From Blastocladiella emersonii ATCC 22665 (Eukaryota > Fungi > Blastocladiomycota): a stretch of 64,000 nt of DNA. The position numbers were made by a program, and so were the translations under genes. The first letter of the stretch is position 1. Each line of letters begins with the position of its first letter. Below the pieces are notes generated by a model. The model was not told where the DNA came from. It made no database searches and saw only the letters and a list, made by a program, of their open reading frames with translations. The DNA is taken from the NCBI GenBank assembly GCA_025594325.1, contig JANHCV010000005.1, forward strand, positions 434,001 to 498,000, in the 5' to 3' direction. Positions 20,585 to 29,678 of this stretch are shown here, piece by piece.

Positions 20585-21382
20585 ATGTACGACATTGTTG
20601 CCATTGACAACGGCTTTACGCGCAACAACGACGGCGAGCCGCTGCCGATCCCCAAGCACCCGTTCACCATGAACGTCATTGGCGCCAAGGGTCAGGGCAA
20701 GTCGACGCTGATCGCAAACATGGTCTGCTTCCCGCACTTTTACAAGGGCCAGTTCGACAACATCTGGGTCTTTAACCCGACGTTCCACGCCGACAACAAG
20801 TACGAGTACATTGCCAGTCAACCGATCCTGCGACCGCCCAAGAAGGAGCGCAACGTGCTGGACCCCCAGGAGCGCGACCCGGACCGGCTCAAGATCAAGC
20901 CAAGCTGCATCGTCACGGACCCCGAGCAGTTCATCCCGACCCTGCTCAAGATGCGCCAGGACCTGACCAAGACATTCGAAGAGTCTGGCAAGAAGGCGCT
21001 CCAGGACCAGCTGCTGATCATTGACGACGTGCTTGGGCTCAAGCTGCTGAGCCACAGAACGCTGACCAACTTTCTGTGCAACTCGCGGCACTTGAAGATC
21101 AGCTGCATCATTGGCGTCCAGCGGTGGTGTGCCCTGCCCAAGACTCTGCGCATCAATTGCAGCTACAGCGTCGTCTACCCAATCTATGACAAGACCGAGG
21201 TCCAGACGCTGCACAAGGAGATTGGGTCGCAGTTCGACCTCAAGGAGTTTGAGGCCATCATTGAACAGCTCTTTGACACGCGTACTGGCAACACGAAGCG
21301 ACGCTTCCTGGGCGTCAACAACCAGAACCCGCCCAAGTACCGGCTCGTAGACAGCTTCAGCGAGTGGATCGTGAAGCAGTAG
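20585..21382 (+). CDS. A32-like (FtsK/HerA superfamily) DNA packaging ATPase
   Basis: Walker A GAKGQGKS, Walker B LLIIDD, SRH motif and GVQ sensor in the A32 order. Confidence 0.93.
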   Translation: MYDIVAIDNGFTRNNDGEPLPIPKHPFTMNVIGAKGQGKSTLIANMVCFPHFYKGQFDNIWVFNPTFHADNKYEYIASQPILRPPKKERNVLDPQERDPDRLKIKPSCIVTDPEQFIPTLLKMRQDLTKTFEESGKKALQDQLLIIDDVLGLKLLSHRTLTNFLCNSRHLKISCIIGVQRWCALPKTLRINCSYSVVYPIYDKTEVQTLHKEIGSQFDLKEFEAIIEQLFDTRTGNTKRRFLGVNNQNPPKYRLVDSFSEWIVKQ

Positions 21383-21422
21383 ACTCTTGACTTTTTTTTG
21401 TTGCCGAGTCCTAAACTAAACC

Positions 21423-22643
21423 ATGTCCAGTACCAACGCCCAGTTCTCGCAGGTCCTGTCCAAGACTCTCCCTCCTGAGATGTCGTTCAACCTGCCCAAG
21501 GAGTCCGTCTATGCCGAGCGCCAGACCGTCCAGTTCACGGCTCAGGGCGGCCCCGAGTTTGCTCCTGGCAACAGCATCAGCGTCCTGCTCCCGCCGCGCG
21601 ACGACATGATGGACACGCACTGTACTTTCCTGCAGTTCTCGGCCAAGACCACGGACGCCAACGTCGCTTTCTGCGATGGTATCTTCAGCGTCATTGACTG
21701 TGTCCGCATCTACAGCGCGTCCGGTGCCCTACTCGAAGAGCTCCCGTACTACAACCTGCGTCAGCGCATCGAGGCCGACGTGACGGTCCCCCAGTACCTC
21801 AAGGACTCGTGTCTCGGCGTGGCACAGGGCTACTTTGCGTCTGGTGCGGACAAGTTCGCTGTCTCGTCCGGGCTGCACCGGTACATGCTGCCCATCAAGT
21901 CGGCCCTGCTGGCAAACCAGAAGCACCTCCCAATGAAGTACACGGGCGGCATCCGCGTTGAGTTCACCCTCGCACCTGGCAGTGACGCCTGCATTGTCAA
22001 GAACAATGCCATCCCGGGCTACACAGTCAAGGACGTCTGCATTGTCTCGGACCTGATCAAGCTCAACGACCAGCAGATCGCGGTCATGGACGCGGCCTTC
22101 AAGAAGCAGGGCCTCAAGCTCTTTGGCACGACCTACAACCACCACTTCCTGAACTACTCGGTGCCCAACTCGACGCTCAACATCTCGGACCGCTCGGCCT
22201 CACAGAAAGACATCCTGCTGTCGTTCCGCGACAATGCCGTGCTCAACGACAATGCCAAGGACTCGTTCCTTCGTGCCAAGACCATTACATCGTACCAGTT
22301 CAGCGTGGCCGGCCGACTCTTCCCTCAGCGACCCATCCGCTGTGACGACTACGCGTCTGAGGCGTTTGTTGAGCTGACCAATGCCTTCCATGGCCACGTC
22401 ATTGGCGCTGGCCTCACAGTTGACAAGTTCAACGCGCCGGCCGAGGGTACCTTTGTTGTCGGCCGTGACCTTGAGTCAAGTCGCACCGTGGTCAGCGGCG
22501 ACAAGTCTTGCAAGAGCCAGGCCGTGGACATGCAGGTGATCCTGACTTCAAGCGTGGCCCCGAACCAGCGCGTGGACGCCTTCATTGGCATCGACGTGGT
22601 CTACGAGTTCCTGCCAACCGGCGAGATCAACATCTACAAGTAA
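21423..22643 (+). CDS. Double-jelly-roll major capsid protein (PLV type)
   Basis: 406 aa; EFAPGNSISVLLP, SVIDCVRIYSASGALLEELPYYNL and YQFSVAGRLFPQRPI resemble PLV/Maverick MCP motifs; lies between the ATPase and penton genes. Confidence 0.85.
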   Translation: MSSTNAQFSQVLSKTLPPEMSFNLPKESVYAERQTVQFTAQGGPEFAPGNSISVLLPPRDDMMDTHCTFLQFSAKTTDANVAFCDGIFSVIDCVRIYSASGALLEELPYYNLRQRIEADVTVPQYLKDSCLGVAQGYFASGADKFAVSSGLHRYMLPIKSALLANQKHLPMKYTGGIRVEFTLAPGSDACIVKNNAIPGYTVKDVCIVSDLIKLNDQQIAVMDAAFKKQGLKLFGTTYNHHFLNYSVPNSTLNISDRSASQKDILLSFRDNAVLNDNAKDSFLRAKTITSYQFSVAGRLFPQRPIRCDDYASEAFVELTNAFHGHVIGAGLTVDKFNAPAEGTFVVGRDLESSRTVVSGDKSCKSQAVDMQVILTSSVAPNQRVDAFIGIDVVYEFLPTGEINIYK

Positions 22644-22685
22644 CGGCCCTGTCCTTTCTTTTCTTGCGTAGAGTTAAACCCCGCC

Positions 22686-22952
22686 ATGATCTTCCGTAAC
22701 CTCTGGACCAACTTTAGCAATGTGCTCGGCCAGGTCGGGTCCTTTGTCAACAAACACATGCCGACCGTCCTCAAAGGCGTCAAGACTGTGTCCAAGTTCT
22801 TTGAGCGGTCGCACAACCCCGCTGTGAGCTCCATTGCGCAGATGGTGACCAAGGGCGCCGACCTTGCCCAAGACATTCACACCTGGTACAACCGACCAAC
22901 AAGCGAGATCTTTGAGGCAGACGCTGACGACACGGGGACAGCTGTACAATAA
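22686..22952 (+). CDS. Small protein with N-terminal amphipathic helix (88 aa)
   Basis: IFRNLWTNFSNVLGQVGSFVNKHMPTVLKGVKTVSKFF; preceded by T-tract and TTAAAC motif; between MCP and penton. Confidence 0.7.
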   Translation: MIFRNLWTNFSNVLGQVGSFVNKHMPTVLKGVKTVSKFFERSHNPAVSSIAQMVTKGADLAQDIHTWYNRPTSEIFEADADDTGTAVQ

Positions 22953-22970
22953 ATTGTTGTCTTTGTTTAA

Positions 22971-23714
22971 ATGTCCGAGTACAAGACGCTGACCATCTGC
23001 AGCCGCGACCTCAAGAACGGCATCCTGTACCTACCACGACCCCTGTCCGTGCGCGGCGTCAAGGTCAACTCGGCGTACCTCTGCAACAGCTGGCACACGG
23101 TCAACTCCAAGGCCAACAAAGTGTACCTGACCCAGAGCCGTGGCGCGCTGACGTTCCCGGGCACCATCACCGTCCCTGATGGCAACTACACGGTCGAGAC
23201 GTTCACGGCCACGCTCAAGAGCCTGCTCAACAACGCGCCCTCAGCGTACCTCTGGCAGGGCACATGGGACGTCCAGGTTGACTCGACTACCCAGAAGATG
23301 CGCCTGGCCAACAACACGGTCGACTTTACAATTGGAACAGGGACGGCGTCGCTGAACGTCCACATGGGCTTTGTTGGAGCGTATGGCTACAGCAAGGTCC
23401 AGTACGCGTCGGCGCTGGTCAACATCTCGCCCATCAACCTGCTTCACGTCTACTCGCGCAACCTTGGCACCCGGCTCGCGGACAACATGTACAGCGCGTA
23501 CCCACAAGACAACGGCGTACTTTGTAGCATCCACGTCACGCAACCCTTTGGCAGCTGGTTCGAGCATCGACCACACATGGGCGACTACTTTCGCTTTGAC
23601 GCGCAGGGACAGGCCCAGCAGATTGACTGTATTGACATTGACGTGGTAGACGAGAACCTGCGCTCTGTCGACTTTCTTGGCCAACCCTTCTACGTCGAGC
23701 TCGCGTTCATCTGA
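22971..23714 (+). CDS. Minor capsid protein (penton, single jelly roll)
   Basis: NSWHTVN..N, ITVPDGNYTVETF...L..LL and IDIDVVDENLRSVDFLGQPFYVEL follow the penton pattern of PLVs and virophages. Confidence 0.85.
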   Translation: MSEYKTLTICSRDLKNGILYLPRPLSVRGVKVNSAYLCNSWHTVNSKANKVYLTQSRGALTFPGTITVPDGNYTVETFTATLKSLLNNAPSAYLWQGTWDVQVDSTTQKMRLANNTVDFTIGTGTASLNVHMGFVGAYGYSKVQYASALVNISPINLLHVYSRNLGTRLADNMYSAYPQDNGVLCSIHVTQPFGSWFEHRPHMGDYFRFDAQGQAQQIDCIDIDVVDENLRSVDFLGQPFYVELAFI

Positions 23715-23745
23715 CGTTGACTTTAATTGTTGTTGTACTGTAAAC

Positions 23746-23847
23746 ATGATCCTCGAGACGCTCCTTGTTGCCACCAACGCCCTGATCCTTGTAGCCAACC
23801 TGGCCATTGTTGGGTACACAAGCAAAGTATTCCACGCCGTAGAGTAA
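23746..23847 (+). CDS. 33-aa hydrophobic micro-ORF (below the ORF-track cutoff)
   Basis: MILETLLVATNALILVANLAIVGYTSKVFHAVE*; preceded by the same T-rich/TAAAC-ATG context as the other viral genes. Confidence 0.5.
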   Translation: MILETLLVATNALILVANLAIVGYTSKVFHAVE

Positions 23848-24343
23848 GCAACGACATGTGCTTTAAATTCTTTCTGCGAAGGCATAGTAAGACACAGGAC
23901 AATGAATACTGGCTCTACTGCATCAACGCCCCGCGCACCTTCCACGAGCATCCCTTGGACTGGCCGTCCGGGCCCCCAGTCAACAGCCAACTACACGGCC
24001 ATCCACGACGTGGCCCTGCCAGGTGCCAAGGTTGTGTACACTGTCTGCTTTGAATAGATCCTTCAAGTTAACTTGGTTAGCTACCTTGAAGCCTTTACTG
24101 GTCGCACTCAGACTACCCGGCGGTATGTGTACTTGTGCCCGCAGCACGGGTACACGACTTGGACCCACAGCAGCTCATTGTCATGGACCCAGCTGGGAGC
24201 ATCATAGTGATCGCATGGCGGCTTGGGCAGGGGGGCGATCTCTTTGATACAGCCTCGCATAGTTACAGTAGTCCAACAAAGTTTAAATTGACAAACGCAT
24301 TCAACGCACTTGGCATGACGTAGCAACGGGACACACTACGGCG

Positions 24344-25248
24344 TCGTGGACCCGACCAGGGCCCCTGCCCACTTTTTGAACAGCTCGCCGTAAGCCATGG
24401 ACCGGGTCACGGCAGCCTGGACCGGGTTTCCCGCCCTTTGAATCGTTCGCCGTAAGCCATGGACCGGGTTCAATGGACCAAGTCAATTGAAATTCGCTCG
24501 GGGTAAGCCATGGACCGGGTGGACCGGGTTGAGGGGGTCGATTGACCTTTAGGGATTTGAAAGGGGGGGAAGAGTGGCACTGGAGCGGTCCCTCCCCCCT
24601 TTTCACTACACTGTTACTTTAAAACAACCCGGTCAACCCGGTCAACCCGGTCCATGGCTTACCCCGAGCGAATTTCATGGACCGGGTTGTCTTTGAACCC
24701 GGTCCAGTGAGCTCCAACCCGGTCCAGTTCGGGGCGGCCATCGAGAGCCTTCAACGGCCAGTTTGCCGACCTTGGGTCGCCGACCAGTTGCAGCAGCGGC
24801 CGTGGAGCGAGCCGAGAACCATCGTGGACCCGACCAGGGCCCCTGCCCACTTTGAACCGTTCGCCGTAAGCCGTGGACCGGGTCGCCCGCCCTTTGAACC
24901 GTTCGCCGTAAGCCATGGACCGGGTCGCCCGCCCTTTGAACCGTTCGCCGTAAGCCATGGACCGGGTTCAATGGACCAAGTCAATTGAAATTCGCTCGGG
25001 GTAAGCCATGGACCGGGTGGACCGGGTTGAGGGGGTCGATTGACCTTTAGGGATTTGAAAGGGGGGGAAGAGTGGCACTGGAGCGGTCCCTCCCCCCCTT
25101 TTCACTACACTGTTACTTTAAAACAACCCGGTCAACCCGGTCAACCCGGTCCATGGCTTACCCCGAGCGAATTTCATGGACCGGGTTGTCTTTGAACCCG
25201 GTCCAGTGAGCTCCAACCCGGTCCAGTTCGGGGCGGCCATCGAGAGCC
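24344..25248 (+). repeat. Tandem duplication (period about 480-500 bp) of the inner TIR segment at the right end
   Basis: Units 24344-24749 and 24822-25248 both start TCGTGGACCCGACCAGGGCCCCTGCCCACTTT and end GGCCATCGAGAGCC. Confidence 0.9.
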
Positions 25249-25969
25249 GTCAGGGGCTGGTCGCCGACCTGGGTCGCTGCTTGCGTTCTTGGACTGACCG
25301 CCGACCTCTCGTGGAATTATTCCGAGAGCCTTCAAGGGCCTATTGCCGCGACCAAGTCGCCGACCAAGTCGTGGGCCGGCTCGTGGAGTGACTCCGTGGT
25401 CGCCGACCTGGGTCGCTGCTTGCGTTCTTGGACTGACCGCCGACCTCTCGTGGAATTATTCTAAGAGCCTTCAAGGGCCTATTGCCGCGACCAAACAGAT
25501 CGACTTGCAGCTGTGCTCAGGGACCAGACCAGGGAACTCTGTCAGTGGGTAGCCGCAGCTGCGCTGCTCTTCGTCTCGCTGCGCTCGCCGGCCGCCGCCG
25601 ACCGCTCGGGGTAAGCAATGGTCAGCCCGAGCGGTTGGTCAGGGACGGGCTCAGGGATCTGCTCTCGGACTTGTCTCGCAGATCGACTCGCAGATCGACT
25701 CGCAGCCGTGTCCACGCGCCGTTCATCTGCACGTGACCCACGTGACCCCGCCCGCCGCCGCCCTTCTTCGGCCTTCGGCCTCCGCCCGCGTGTCGTGTTC
25801 CCTAAGGGAATCCGACATTTGAATCCGACATATTATTAACCACCCGGGGTAAGCAACGGGGTCTCACGTGGTTACCCCAAGTGACTGCTGCCAACCGCTT
25901 GGGGTAAGCAATTGGTCAGCCCGAGTGGCAGTGGGTCAGCCTATGTCGTATCCCTTAAGGGATAGGACA
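24928..25969 (-). repeat. Right terminal inverted repeat
   Basis: Reverse complement of 10126-11167. Confidence 0.95.
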
Positions 25970-27046
25970 GCAAGGATTAAACAAGCAACACGACGCGAAC
26001 GATACATGCACCAAAAAAAAAACATCGCCGTCCTCGCGAGAGATCGGCCACTGATGCAGGGCACATAACCAGTCGCGTCGAAACGACAGCCGCGTCAACC
26101 TGGCCGCGTCCATCGCGAGTTTACTCGTGACGCCTTCCGCGCGACACAAGGACCTAGCCAAGGTATCGAGGGCTAAAGCCCTCTATTTTTCCCTAGGTGA
26201 CGTGCCCGGTAGGAGCGTGACGTGTCTCCCTGGCCCACGTGCGTCACCCACGTGTTTCACGCGTTTCACGGGATATAACCAACGCGTCCGAGTCTCCCAC
26301 CACCAAGCTCTCTCGCCTGCAGTCAATCGTGATAGTAACAAAAAAAAATCAAATATTGTGAATGAGAGGACAGCAACAACAAAAGAGGGAAACCGAGGAA
26401 GTGGAGAGAGGAACACGACGTCGTTCAGTTAACTGCGGCCGCCGCGGCGGCGGCGGCGCTTGGGGACCGCCTCAAACTCGTCCTCGTCGACGTCACCGCC
26501 CTCTTCGGCGGACATGGCGGCCGTGCGCTTGGGCGCGTCAGCGGGAACGGCCGTGGCCGACGCGACCTCGCGATCCGTCGTGCCCGCCTCCTTGATGATG
26601 GGCGCCGCGAGCGCGACTGTCGCACTTAAAGTCGACGGCGACGGCGACGCGGCTGACGAGCCGACCGGCGGCCCGGCGGGCTGTACGGCGGTCGAGAGCG
26701 TCGAGGTCGACGACGACGAGGCGACGGTCGCGTCGACCTGCGAACGGCGGGCTGCACGGCGGTCGAGGACGACACAACGACGCGTTGGTGATCTGCGGTG
26801 CAGCGGTCTGCACGGCCGTCGTCGAGGAGGACGACGAGGCGACGCCGTCGTTGAGCTCGCGCAGGATCCCCGCCATGCGCGTCGTGAACTTGGGGTCCGA
26901 GTCGCCCTCCTTGTCGGGCACGTCAAACACGAACCGCGGCTGGCGCACGGGCGAGGACAGCGTCAGCCCCGAGCGCCGCCATGCCCACGGTGACAACGAG
27001 GTGGTAGGGCAAGGAATCTGCAGCGAAGCGCAAGCGGTTCCTCGTC

Positions 27047-29219
27047 ATGAAGGCTGCGGACTCGCTCAACAACTTTGACCACGCGACTCGCGGCAAGGAG
27101 TGGACGGAGGCGGAGCAGCGCACCAAGCACACGCCCGCGTACGCGAGCCTCGCGCTGGTTTCGCTCAAGTTCAACCTGAACAAGGAGCAGCACCGCGCGT
27201 TCGTGCACTTCATCATGCCGCTCATCGCCTAGTTCATCGGCGGCGACAGCGGTATCGCCGAGGCCGCCGCGTCATCGGATCCAGGCGCGCTCGCGTCAGG
27301 CCGCGGCCGGCCAAACGCACCAGCTCTCGCCTCGCTTCCGCCCATGAGCAAGGATCGCTCGCCGATCATTCTCACCGGCTCGGGCGGCACGGGCAAGTCG
27401 CGCGTCATTGACGCGATCCGGTACTTTCTCGCGTCCTGGAACCGCGAAAAGTGCATGATGGTCGTGGCCATGACGGGCATTGCGGCCGCCAACATTGGCG
27501 TTACCACCATCCACGCCGCGTTCCAGCTCTCGCTCAAGGGGGAGACTCTCAGCCCCGACATCAAGCGCCTCCGCACCGACTCGGCTGTCGCCAGCGCGTG
27601 GCAAGGACGTCACGCCGTGACCATCGACGAGTTCTCCATGTGCGACGCAGCTGCTCGGACGGGTCGACGCGAGCCTTCGCGACCTGCGTCGGTGCGACGA
27701 GCCGTTTGGCGGCTGCATTGTCATGCTCGCCGGCGACCATTTGCAGCTTCGACCAGTGAACGGCACGGCGCTGTTCCAGCTACCCGAGGTGCTCGACAAT
27801 GCGCCAGACTCGTTCTTCGAGCGGCTGCTCGCGTACGACACCACGGGCGCGAAAAAAAAAAAAAAGCACTCGGGCCAGCTCGCGTACTGGCGTGCGCGAC
27901 GTGTCGTTCGACTCGTGCGCAGCAACCGGTTCGTCAACGGCCCATCACGGGGCAGGTGTCTCGACGCGTTCCGCCTCGACAAGGTCCCCGACGAGCTGCG
28001 CCGCCTGCTCGACTCGCGCACGACCGCTCGCCTGCGCCAGTCGAGCGACGACCAGGGCAACAACGAGCTCAAGAAGATCCGCCAGACGCGCGGGCTCACA
28101 GTCATTGCGCCCGACAACTACACGCGTCACACCTTCAACCTGCTGTACACGCGGCTCGCCGCTGCGGTCCCAGAACGCGTCGTGTTTCAGATCAAGGCCA
28201 GCATCACGCGCAAGAAGGAGCGAAACGGCGCAACCGTCCGCCTCCCGATTGGCGAAAGGGACCTGTTCCGTCTCGCCGAGGAGCCCCACTCGATCACTCG
28301 TTTGCCAACCATCCTCGAGGTCTTTGTCGGCATGGAAGTGCGCGTCAAGGTCAACCAGTGCGTCGAGAAGGGGTGCGCGAATGGCGCTATCGGCGTCGTG
28401 CACCACATCGACTGGTTTCCGGGCACGACGTTTACCGAGGCCGGCTCGCGCATGTACCGCCCATCGCGGGAGCCACATACTGTGTGGATCGACCTGCCCG
28501 ACGCGCCGCCTGGCCCTCGGTTTCCTGGCATGCCGGCCGATTGGCCAGACACGGTCATCCCGCTCGCCGTGCACTCGGACGACTTTCTCTACAAGGAGGG
28601 CGGTATGACGTCGCGCGAGCGAACCGAACTCAAGACACCCGAGTCCAGCGCACTGTGCGCCAAGATGGTCAAGAACGTCGATACTCACAAGCAGTACAAG
28701 GACCACGAAAAGGTCAAGATCAAGCAGTTCCCAATCGTGCCCGCCTTTGCGATGACGGTGCACGGGGTCCAAGGCGTGACCAAGAACGCCATCATCTTGA
28801 CGGATCCGTGCCCAGCTGGCTCGTCTGGATCCATCAACGGGTCGTCGCTGTACGTTGCGCTCTCGCGGCTCCGCGAGAGCGCGTTTCTGTGGGTTCTCCA
28901 TCCGATCCCGGACAGCGTGTACGACGCCATGGTCCCTGATCCGCAGGCCGTGGCCGAAGACTTGCGGCTCCAGGCGCTAGACGTGTTGACTGAGGGCGCG
29001 TTCGCTCACGGACAAACCGTTGCGCACAACCACCCCCGAGCCGCGGAGCTCTTTTGCCACGCGATGCAAGAGCACCGCCAGATCAAGAGCGACAAGGAGG
29101 CGAAGCAGAAGGCGCGCGACCCAGAGTACTCAAGGCGGTATCGCGAGCGTAAGCGCGAGCAGAAGCGCGCTCCAGAACTGCATGAGCAGCGGCGGAGCAA
29201 GAGGCTTCGCGAGATTTAG
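27047..29219 (+). pseudogene. Pif1-family helicase pseudogene (Helitron-like)
   Basis: LNKEQHRAF, in-frame TAG at 27230-27232, GSGGTGKS, TGIAAANIG, IDEFSM, then a frameshift near 27648 into FGG..VMLAGDHLQLRPV; later QFPIVPAFAMTVHGVQG and LYVALSR. Confidence 0.88.
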
Positions 29220-29225
29220 TGTAAG

Positions 29226-29385
29226 ATTTCATTTGTAGTGTAATAAAGTATGCTTAGCTGCTTTCAATTTTTTTGGTGTGTGATGGGAACAGAGATGCGA
29301 CTCCATTTCATTTGTAGTGTTATAAAGTACACTTATATGCTTTCAATTAATTTGGTGTGTGATGGGAACAGAGATGCGACTCCAT
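29226..29385 (+). repeat. Imperfect 79-bp tandem duplication
   Basis: ATTTCATTTGTAGTGT...TTTGGTGTGTGATGGGAACAGAGATGCGACTCCAT twice, starting at 29226 and 29305. Confidence 0.9.
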
Positions 29386-29678
29386 AATGACGCGCGACTG
29401 TCAGCGGTACAAAACCTCCCGCGTGTGCCGTGCTCCAACGTGGCGGAGGGCTTTAGCCCTCGATAGAAGACCAGACGCGAAGCGTCTAGGTGGTTCAAGT
29501 AAAATTACCGCTGTGAGCGGGTCGCGATAGCACGCCTTTGGTCGCGAGCCGCTCGAGACGACTCGCGGAAGAGACGCGTCGCGAAATCAGGTGATGTGGT
29601 CGTGACTGAGGCGCAGCTGATTTTTGCTCGTTGTGTCTCGCGGCTGCACGAGTCGGATCGCCCTCACTCCCCTCGCAA

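Larger units (their letters stand above)
10126..25969. mobile_element. Endogenous Polinton-like virus, 15,844 bp
   Basis: TG...CA termini; GCAAG duplicated at 10121-10125 and 25970-25974; 1,042-bp TIRs; densely packed intronless genes including capsid, penton, packaging ATPase, primase-helicase, integrase and tyrosine recombinase. Confidence 0.95.

Noticed and set aside
23860-24330. Possible further viral ORFs before the right repeats
   Set aside because: Several short overlapping frames, none with the shared start motif; cannot choose one.
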